In this document: positions 38,001-45,399 of the stretch, one piece after another
Layout: each line of letters starts with the position of its first letter
How positions within the stretch are numbered: the stretch's first letter is position 1
DNA from: Candidatus Hydrothermales bacterium
Lineage (GTDB): Bacteria; Hydrothermota; Hydrothermia; Hydrothermales; JAJRUZ01
Length of the DNA: 50,843 bases
Assembly: GCA_039630575.1 (NCBI GenBank)
Contig: JBCNUW010000014.1
Location: forward strand, 1-50,843
Reading direction: 5' to 3'
The notes under the pieces: generated by a model
What the model saw: only the letters and a program-made list of their open reading frames with translations
Told to the model about the DNA's origin: nothing
The model's database searches: none
Translations under genes and position numbers: made by a program

Positions 38001-39241
38001 TTATGAAAATATTTTTTAATCTCTTTTAATACATCGATGAACTTGTCAATTTCATCTTTTGTGTTATAAAGATAAAAACTAACTCTTGCAGAATTTTCTA
38101 TTCCAAAATGTCTCATAAGGGGTTGTGTACAGTGGTGTCCACTTCTTATAGCAATTCCCTCTTCATCACATATTCCAGCAATATCATGAGGATGAATTCC
38201 CTTTATGTTAAATGAAATTATACCTAATGTTTTTTCTGTTTTATGTCCGTAAATTTCAACACCCTCTATTTCCCTCATTTTTTTCAAAGCATAGTCTTTT
38301 AAATTTCTTTCATGTTCATGAACTTTTTCAATTCCTATTTCTTCAAGGTATGAAATAGCAGCCGCAAGGCCTATTCCTCCTGCAATGTTCGGGGTTCCTG
38401 CTTCATATTTCCATGGAAGAGTATTCCATGTTGCTCCCTCAGTTGTTACCTCAAATATCATGTCACCACCATAGAGAAAGGGTTCCATTTTTGAAAGAAA
38501 TTTTTTCTTTCCATACAAAAATCCTATACCTGTTGGTCCTAACATCTTATGTCCACTTACAGCAAGAAAGTCACAGTCTATTTCCTTTACATCAACTTTC
38601 ATATGTGGAACTGCTTGAGCTCCATCACATACTATTATTGCATCACTTTTTTCCCTCACAATTTTCACAATTTCTGAAGCAGGATTACATGTTCCAAGGA
38701 AATTTGAGGCAAGAGTAAAACTAACAATTTTTGTCCTTTTGTTTATTAGTTTTCTAAGATTATCTAAATCTAATGTTCCATCGTTTAAAACATTTACATA
38801 ATGAAGTTTTATTTTATTAAATCTTTTTAACATTTGCCAGGGAACTATATTTGAGTGATGTTCCATAATTGTTGTTATAACTTCATCATCTTCCTTAAGT
38901 TCTCTTAGTCCCAATGAATAAGCGACAAGATTCAGAGCCTCTGTCGCGTTTCTTGTGAAGATTATCTCTTCTATAGAATTTGAGCCAATGAATGAAGCAG
39001 CTTTTTTATGGGCTTCCTCATATTTAAGTGAGGCTTCGTAACTTAGTGTGTGAACTCCCCTGTGAACGTTTGCGTTGTAGCTACTATAAAATTCAACAAT
39101 AGCATCGATTACCTTTTTTGGTTTTTGAGTAGTCGCAGCATTATCAAAATATATAAGGTCTTTACCCCTTATTTTTCTCTTTAGACAGGGAAAATCTTCT
39201 CTTATTTTTGTTAAATTGAGGGTAATTTCCTCAGTTTTCAT
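37997..39241 (-). CDS. sufS: Cysteine desulfurase (SufS group II)
   Basis: YFDNAATTQKP, EHHSNIVPW, SGHKMLGPTG, EAGTP, RSGHHC; start reassigned to ATG 39241 (MKTEEI). Confidence 0.95.
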   Translation of the reverse strand: MKTEEITLNLTKIREDFPCLKRKIRGKDLIYFDNAATTQKPKKVIDAIVEFYSSYNANVHRGVHTLSYEASLKYEEAHKKAASFIGSNSIEEIIFTRNATEALNLVAYSLGLRELKEDDEVITTIMEHHSNIVPWQMLKRFNKIKLHYVNVLNDGTLDLDNLRKLINKRTKIVSFTLASNFLGTCNPASEIVKIVREKSDAIIVCDGAQAVPHMKVDVKEIDCDFLAVSGHKMLGPTGIGFLYGKKKFLSKMEPFLYGGDMIFEVTTEGATWNTLPWKYEAGTPNIAGGIGLAAAISYLEEIGIEKVHEHERNLKDYALKKMREIEGVEIYGHKTEKTLGIISFNIKGIHPHDIAGICDEEGIAIRSGHHCTQPLMRHFGIENSARVSFYLYNTKDEIDKFIDVLKEIKKYFHK

Positions 39242-39258
39242 AGTTTTAAAAAAAATGG

Positions 39259-39269
39259 GGAATTGAACC
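39259..39269 (-). repeat. GGTTCAATTCC T-loop-like motif, copy 3
   Basis: GGAATTGAACC on the + strand; 17 nt before the sufS ATG and 10 nt after a minus-strand TATAAT (39280-39285). Confidence 0.7.
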
Positions 39270-39299
39270 AATGATTTATATTATATTATAATTTTTTTT

Positions 39300-39770
39300 A
39301 TGAAAAAATTATTTTACTTTCTTTTAATTTACGGAATACTTTTTTCAAGATCAAAATTTAAGTTTGGTGTAAACACTTCTTTGCTGTATGAAGATGGGAA
39401 AGCCTATCCTGTTATAGGAGTAACGGGTTCCTACAGTCCTTACCGTTTTTTAACTATAGAGGGAAAAGGTGAATATATAATGAAGGATTATCAAAAGGAA
39501 TTTGCTTTTCCCTTAACATTAGATTTTATGTATCCCCAAAAATACTTTTCGCCTTATGTTGGTTTAGGTCTTTGTTATAATTATTACCAAAGCTCTATAA
39601 GTAAAAGCAGTTCCCTTGGCTACAGGTTCAAAGGTGGAATAAAGTTTTTTGATAAAAAGGATGCTTCTATGTATTTTGAGACCTCTTATGATGTTCCTGA
39701 CTTATTTAAAGGAAAGGGAAGGTGGTACTTTACAGGAAAGGTTGATAAGAATTTTGAATTGGAGTTTTAA
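39300..39770 (+). CDS. Small outer-membrane beta-barrel protein
   Basis: Short signal peptide, FSPYVGLGLCY strand motif, C-terminal Phe. Confidence 0.65.
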   Translation: MKKLFYFLLIYGILFSRSKFKFGVNTSLLYEDGKAYPVIGVTGSYSPYRFLTIEGKGEYIMKDYQKEFAFPLTLDFMYPQKYFSPYVGLGLCYNYYQSSISKSSSLGYRFKGGIKFFDKKDASMYFETSYDVPDLFKGKGRWYFTGKVDKNFELEF

Positions 39771-40178
39771 ATGAAAGTTAATCATATATCTGTAGCTGTT
39801 AAGGATTTTGATAGGGCTACTAAAATTTTTGAAAAGATATTTGAACTTGAACCAGAGATTCATTATTTTGAAGAAAGGAAACTAAAGATAGCAATTTTTC
39901 ATTTAGAGAATTTGATGTTTGAGATCATATCACCGTTAGAGGGGGAAGAGACTGTTTCAAAATTTCTTGAAAAAAGGGGGGATGGGATCCATCATATAGC
40001 ACTTGAAGTTGAGGATGTTGAAGAGAAAATCAAGTATTTTAAAGAAAATGGTTTTAATATAGTGGAAGATATAAGAAAAGGAATTAAGAGCAAAAAGGTT
40101 TTCTTCCTTGATCCTCGAGATACAGGTAGGGTTTTAATAGAAGTAGTTGAAGGGGAGTATCAACAGAAAGATAAATAG
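39771..40178 (+). CDS. mce: Methylmalonyl-CoA epimerase (VOC family)
   Basis: NHISVAV, EIISP, KFLEKRGDGIHHIALEV, VLIEVVE. Confidence 0.85.
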   Translation: MKVNHISVAVKDFDRATKIFEKIFELEPEIHYFEERKLKIAIFHLENLMFEIISPLEGEETVSKFLEKRGDGIHHIALEVEDVEEKIKYFKENGFNIVEDIRKGIKSKKVFFLDPRDTGRVLIEVVEGEYQQKDK

Positions 40179-40200
40179 TTTTTTTAAAAGTTAATTATTT

Positions 40201-41442
40201 TTAAGGTCCTAATTTTATTATAGTAAAGTTTTTAAGATAATCCTTTGCACATTTTTTAATTTCATCTGGCTTGATTTTAATCAATTCATTATATAGATTA
40301 TCGAAAAAGTTTTCGTTTCCTGTTAGTATGTAAGATTTTAGCATATTAAAGAGAGCAAGGTCTGTTGAGGAACTTTGTAAGAATCTCATAGTTTTAAGGA
40401 TGTTGAAGGTTTCTATAATTTCATCTTTTTTTACACTTATTTTTTTTACATCTTCAATTTCCTTTAAGATAAGTTTAAATGCAGAATCTGGTAATGAGGA
40501 TGAAACGTAAAAGTATCCGTAATTTTTTTTCTTTGAGGAAAGTCCAGCAAAAACAGAATAAGATAGCCCTGCTTTAGTTCTGATTTTTTCTTCAAATCTG
40601 TTTGATAGGATCTCTAAAAGTGCATAGAGTGCGGGATAATCGGAGTGTGTAACTTCTGGTGCAGGAAATTTACTTGCTAAATAGGTTGTTTTAAAGTCTT
40701 TTTCTATGATGTGAAAAAAGGTATCTTTAGGTAAAAATTCTTTTATTTCTATTTTTAAGTCCTCAGTTTTTTCAATTTTACCGAATTTTTCGTTAAATAA
40801 TTTGAAGATTTCGTCCTTTTCAATTGGTCCTATAAAGCCAATAACAATTTTTCCAGATTTAAAATTTCTGTTAAGAAATTCTCTTATATCCTCTATTTTA
40901 AATTTATTAATTGTTTCAACTTTTCCATCATGTTCTATTATGTAAGGATGGTTTCTATAAAATACGCTGTTAAGTAGTTTAAATAGTTTCTGGTCGGGAT
41001 CCTCTTCTTTTCTCTTTAGTTTTATAATTAAGCTTGTTTTTAAGGCATTTATTCTCTCAGGATTGAGTTCTGGTTCTGAAAAAATTTTAAATAGAATTTC
41101 TATAACTTCTTTATAATTTTTAGATGGAGATTTTAAAATTAAAAGGGAAAAGTCATGGTCAGTTATCACTTTACTATGTATTCCGTATTTTGTCATAATT
41201 TTGTGAAGTTGTGGATAGGGATTAGATTTGGTTCCTTCAAGTAAGGCGTTAAGGGAGAAATTTTCTATTCCATCCATTCCCTCCTTATACTTAGCTACAC
41301 CACCTTTAAAGAGAACTCCACAACTTATAACTTCTATACCCTCTGTTTTTTTATAGATAAGGGGTATATCGTTTTCAAGAAATAAAATTTCGGAAAAAAT
41401 TTTTGTAGATAAAAGTATGATTAAAAGATTTATTTTTTTCAT
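40201..41442 (-). CDS. M16 family peptidase, non-catalytic subunit
   Basis: M16 fold features (NHPY, RFEEKIRTKAGLSYSV) but no HxxEH. Confidence 0.85.
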   Translation of the reverse strand: MKKINLLIILLSTKIFSEILFLENDIPLIYKKTEGIEVISCGVLFKGGVAKYKEGMDGIENFSLNALLEGTKSNPYPQLHKIMTKYGIHSKVITDHDFSLLILKSPSKNYKEVIEILFKIFSEPELNPERINALKTSLIIKLKRKEEDPDQKLFKLLNSVFYRNHPYIIEHDGKVETINKFKIEDIREFLNRNFKSGKIVIGFIGPIEKDEIFKLFNEKFGKIEKTEDLKIEIKEFLPKDTFFHIIEKDFKTTYLASKFPAPEVTHSDYPALYALLEILSNRFEEKIRTKAGLSYSVFAGLSSKKKNYGYFYVSSSLPDSAFKLILKEIEDVKKISVKKDEIIETFNILKTMRFLQSSSTDLALFNMLKSYILTGNENFFDNLYNELIKIKPDEIKKCAKDYLKNFTIIKLGP

Positions 41443-41443
41443 T

Positions 41444-42715
41444 TTAATCCTCCTCTGGTTCGAGGATTCCCATTACATAGTTTTTGTTTTTTATATAATT
41501 TTTTAAAAATTCTTTGATATCTTCCTTGTTTAATTTTTTTATTTCATCTACATAGTTTTTAAAGTATTCAAAATCAGCGGAGGTTATCCAAAAGGAAAAT
41601 TCAAGTGCAAACCTTTGGGAGTTTTCTGTTTGTAGGTAAAAATCATTTTCGATGGATGTTTTTGCATCTTCAATAATTTCAGGAGGAAACCATTTTTCGT
41701 CGTCTATTGAGTTTAAAAAATAGTTGATTTTCTCCAGAGCCTCTTCAATTTTAGATTTTTCTAAGTCAAGATTAAGATAAATTTCTCCTGAAGCTTTTTT
41801 TGTATAGTAAGAAAAAGTTGCGCTTCCTGCTATTCCTGAGTTGACAAATTCTATCTGGAATGGAGAATAGGGAAGTGAAAACATTTTTCCAACAAGATCA
41901 GCAATATAAGTATCTTTTCTTTCATATAGAGTGGAAGGACCTCTAAATAGGAGCGTTATCCTTGAACTTTTTATATCCTTTGATTTTACTCTTAAAAATT
42001 TTTTTGTTTTAAGTTCAGGTAATTTTAAAGGTTTTTGGTAAGAGGTTTTCTTTTTCCATCTTTCAAAAATTTTTTTTGCAAGTTTTAAAGTTTCTTTAAA
42101 ATCAATATCTCCAGATATAATTAAGTTACAGTTTTCAGGTCCGTAGAATTTCTCATACTGTTTGATCATAATTTCTCTTTCAGCCTTTAAAATGTTGTGT
42201 TTTGGTCCTAAAAGATCGTCTCTATAAAATTCTTCTTCAAAAAATAGCTTTGAAAGATCTACATGAAAGTTCATCAGAGGGTCAGAATAGTCTCTGTTAT
42301 ATTCGTCTAAGACAACAGTTTTTTCTTTTTCAAGTTCTTTTTCATCAAAAAGGATCCCTGTTATTGCATGATAGGCAAATTCAAGTCCTTCTTTTAGTTT
42401 TTCTTTTGGTAAGGTATAAAAGTATACGACATAATTGTGTGAGGTGGCACCGTTGTAGAAAATTCCCAGCTCTCTTACCTTTTTCATGAATTCTTCTTGA
42501 GTTTTATATTTTTTATTTCCCTTAAAAAACATATGCTCAACAAGGTGAAATAGCCCTGCATCTTCAGGAGTTTGGTATTCTCCTCCAGCTTTGAAGGAAA
42601 GGACAACTGTTACTATAGGAGAGAGTCTATTCTTTATCATATAAAGGTTTAAATTGTTTTTAAGCTTTACATTTTCAATATTTAAATACCCAAAAAGGGA
42701 AATTAAAATAAGCAT
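41444..42715 (-). CDS. M16 family zinc peptidase, catalytic subunit
   Basis: GLFHLVEHMFFKG (HxxEH), NGATS, EKTVVLDE. Confidence 0.92.
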   Translation of the reverse strand: MLILISLFGYLNIENVKLKNNLNLYMIKNRLSPIVTVVLSFKAGGEYQTPEDAGLFHLVEHMFFKGNKKYKTQEEFMKKVRELGIFYNGATSHNYVVYFYTLPKEKLKEGLEFAYHAITGILFDEKELEKEKTVVLDEYNRDYSDPLMNFHVDLSKLFFEEEFYRDDLLGPKHNILKAEREIMIKQYEKFYGPENCNLIISGDIDFKETLKLAKKIFERWKKKTSYQKPLKLPELKTKKFLRVKSKDIKSSRITLLFRGPSTLYERKDTYIADLVGKMFSLPYSPFQIEFVNSGIAGSATFSYYTKKASGEIYLNLDLEKSKIEEALEKINYFLNSIDDEKWFPPEIIEDAKTSIENDFYLQTENSQRFALEFSFWITSADFEYFKNYVDEIKKLNKEDIKEFLKNYIKNKNYVMGILEPEED

Positions 42716-42736
42716 TTATTTTTAGTCCTTTTTTAG

Positions 42737-42747
42737 GGGTTTGAACC
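42737..42747 (-). repeat. GGTTCAAACCC T-loop-like motif, variant copy 4
   Basis: GGGTTTGAACC on the + strand; 21 nt before ATG 42715. Confidence 0.55.
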
Positions 42748-42792
42748 TTTTTTAAAGTTAAATTTTAAAAAAATTTTCTTATATAATTCTAA

Positions 42793-42821
42793 TTGACTTT
42801 AAAAAATTTTTACTTTAAGAT
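42793..42821 (+). promoter_or_regulatory. Sigma70-type promoter for the S8 peptidase operon
   Basis: TTGACT (42793-42798), 17 bp, TAAGAT (42816-42821). Confidence 0.65.
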
Positions 42822-42829
42822 TATGTTAA

Positions 42830-42840
42830 GGTTCAATTCC
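42830..42840 (+). repeat. GGTTCAATTCC T-loop-like motif, copy 5
   Basis: Exact 11-mer, 8 nt after the predicted -10 and 23 nt before ATG 42864. Confidence 0.7.
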
Positions 42841-42863
42841 AAATTTTTATAAAAATTTAAAAG

Positions 42864-45389
42864 ATGTTAAAACTACTAATATTTTTAGCTTTAAGTCAAG
42901 GTAAGGTTATAAAAAATGAAATAATTCTTTGGCTTAAAGACGATGTAAGGGAGTTTATACAATTTGAAAGGGGCACAAATACTCTTTCTTTTCCTGAGCT
43001 TGATTTTCTTTTTGAAGAATATAATGTTTATGAAATTGACAGACTTATCAAAGGAAAAATTCCTGAAGATGCAAAAAGGTTTGATCTTGATTTGATATTT
43101 CTTTTAAAAGTAAAAGATGAAGATAATGCAAAGAAGTTAAAGGAAATTCTTTCTACCTTGCCATATGTGAAATATGTTTTTAACAATGAAGCCTATCCAT
43201 TAAAGTTTATACCTAATGATCCTTATTTTTCACAGATGTGGAATTTAACTAAAATGAAAGTCCCGCAGGCATGGGATATTACACAAGGTGATCCAAAGGT
43301 TTGTGTTGGAGCTATTGATACAGGTTTATGGTGGGAACATGTTGATTTGAGAGAAAATTTATGGGTCAATCCTGGAGAAGATTTAAATTCAAATGGTCTT
43401 TTTGATTATCCCTATGATTTAAATGGTATAGATGATGATGGTAACGGTTATGTTGATGATGTAATTGGTTTTAATTTTAGTTATGGTATATGGGATCCTT
43501 CACCGCAGTCTTCTTTTGGTTCAGATCATGGAACGCATGTTACAGGTACTATGGCAGCTGTAACTAATAATGGTATAGGTGTATCTGGAATAGGTTTTAA
43601 AATAAGGACAGCTGGTTTAAACTGTCAGTTAATTTGGCAAGATACCTCTTATATTAATTTTTATGCTACTGTTGAGGCTCATTATTATGGAGCCAATATG
43701 GGTTTTTCTGTTTTAAATAACTCTTGGGGGGGTTATTTTTGGGAATTGGGGAGAATAAGAATGATGCAGGCAGCAGTTGATTATGCAAGGTCAAAGGGAG
43801 CTGTGGTTCTTGCTGCTGCTGGTAATGAAAGTGTTAATTTAAATGTTTTCCCAATGTATCCTGCGTGTTTAAAAGGAGTTATAGCAGTTGCTGCTTCTAC
43901 TCCAAGTGATATGAGAGCCATCTTTTCAAATTATGGTGATTCTGTTGATGTTGTTGCACCGGGTGTTTCCATATGGAGTACTGTTTTAAATAATGACTAT
44001 GATTCCTGGGATGGAACAAGTATGGCTTCACCTAATGCAGCTGGAGTCTGTGCTCTTATAAAATCCTATTTTCCCTCAATTTCACCCTTAGAGGTAGAAA
44101 GATACCTTGAAGGGGGGGCAGATAAAATAGACAGTTTAAATCCAGGTTACGTTGGTTTACTTGGTGCTGGTAGGGTTAATGCCTATATGTCTTTGATTTA
44201 TCCCTTTTATTCAGGTTTAAAGGTAATTGATTTTAGGATGTTTGAAATCCAGGGTGATGGAGACAATTTCTTTGAAGGAGGAGAGATAGTAGGTGTTTTC
44301 CCTTTAGTTAAAAACTTTGGGCCCCAAGCATCAGATTCTTTCAAAATAACTTTAAAAGGTTCCACCAATTTTCAGGTTATTGACAGTACTGTTTTTTATA
44401 GAAATGTTTTAAATGTTGAAAATAGCGTTTTAGTAAAGGTTGACACATTTAAAATTATTTTAAATAATGTGAAAGATAAAGATACTTTAAGGTTTAAAAT
44501 AGATGGTTTTCCCACTTCATTGTATAGTGAATCAAAGTTAAAATTTTTCATAGGCATTCCTGATGTGCTTGTTTACTATACAGATTCTTTGAATAATTTT
44601 TATAATTATTATGAAATAGCACTTGATTACCTGAATGTGAAATATGATATTTGGAGATCCCATCTTAGGGGTATTCCATCATTAACTTCTAATATGCCTC
44701 AACTTGTTATATGGGCAACTGGTAATGATTCAATAAACTGTTTGTTAGAAGAGGAGATTAATACATTTATGAGTTATTTAACTTTAGGGGGAAAACTTGC
44801 TTTAACATCTCAATTTGCAGCTGAAAATTTAAACTCTCCACTTGATACATTTTTCTTTAGAAATTATTTGGGTGTTGATAGGTTTAATATTCCCTTAGGT
44901 GGTGGTCAGGATAAGGCAAGGGGAGTTACAAATGATCCCTTAGCTCATGGTTGGTTTTTATTCCTTTCAAGTTCAGCAAGTGCGCAGAATACAATCTCTC
45001 CTGATGAAATTTTAAATGATACATTAAGCGGCACTATATGTATAAGGTATGGTCCTACAGGTGCTTTAAAGGGTGCTGCAGTGAGGACTCAAAATACAGT
45101 TTTCTTTGCTTTTCCTCTTGAGTCAGTTCCATATGAGGGCTCACCGAGCCTAACGAAACTTTATCAAGTAATTCATGGATTTTTCAGATACTTTAATGTT
45201 TCTGTTCAGGAAAAAGAGCCTTTTACAAAGCTTGTGGGAAAGGGAAATATATCGATTTTAATAAAAAATGGTGAGAATTTAAGGGGAGATCTTTTTACTC
45301 ATTCGGGTAGAAAGATTTTGAATCTTTCAAAGGGAATTTACTTTTTAAAGGATAATGAAAGAGTAGTTAAAATAATAAAAATAAAGTAG
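42864..45389 (+). CDS. Secreted S8 (subtilisin-like) serine peptidase with short T9SS-like tail
   Basis: Catalytic triad IDTG / HGTHVTG / GTSMASP; AAAGNE; NGIDDDGNGYVDD loop; tail SGRKILNLSKGIYFL..VVKIIKIK. Confidence 0.93.
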   Translation: MLKLLIFLALSQGKVIKNEIILWLKDDVREFIQFERGTNTLSFPELDFLFEEYNVYEIDRLIKGKIPEDAKRFDLDLIFLLKVKDEDNAKKLKEILSTLPYVKYVFNNEAYPLKFIPNDPYFSQMWNLTKMKVPQAWDITQGDPKVCVGAIDTGLWWEHVDLRENLWVNPGEDLNSNGLFDYPYDLNGIDDDGNGYVDDVIGFNFSYGIWDPSPQSSFGSDHGTHVTGTMAAVTNNGIGVSGIGFKIRTAGLNCQLIWQDTSYINFYATVEAHYYGANMGFSVLNNSWGGYFWELGRIRMMQAAVDYARSKGAVVLAAAGNESVNLNVFPMYPACLKGVIAVAASTPSDMRAIFSNYGDSVDVVAPGVSIWSTVLNNDYDSWDGTSMASPNAAGVCALIKSYFPSISPLEVERYLEGGADKIDSLNPGYVGLLGAGRVNAYMSLIYPFYSGLKVIDFRMFEIQGDGDNFFEGGEIVGVFPLVKNFGPQASDSFKITLKGSTNFQVIDSTVFYRNVLNVENSVLVKVDTFKIILNNVKDKDTLRFKIDGFPTSLYSESKLKFFIGIPDVLVYYTDSLNNFYNYYEIALDYLNVKYDIWRSHLRGIPSLTSNMPQLVIWATGNDSINCLLEEEINTFMSYLTLGGKLALTSQFAAENLNSPLDTFFFRNYLGVDRFNIPLGGGQDKARGVTNDPLAHGWFLFLSSSASAQNTISPDEILNDTLSGTICIRYGPTGALKGAAVRTQNTVFFAFPLESVPYEGSPSLTKLYQVIHGFFRYFNVSVQEKEPFTKLVGKGNISILIKNGENLRGDLFTHSGRKILNLSKGIYFLKDNERVVKIIKIK

Positions 45390-45399
45390 GAGGAGATCT

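Noticed and set aside
39242..39271. N-terminal extension MVQFPIFFKT of SufS in the ORF track
   Set aside because: It is a translation of the repeat motif and T tract; ATG 39241 gives a normal SufS start.
39276..39292. PerR/Fur box upstream of sufS
   Set aside because: TTATATTATATTATAAT is adequately explained by two overlapping divergent -10 boxes, and its spacing does not fit 7-1-7.
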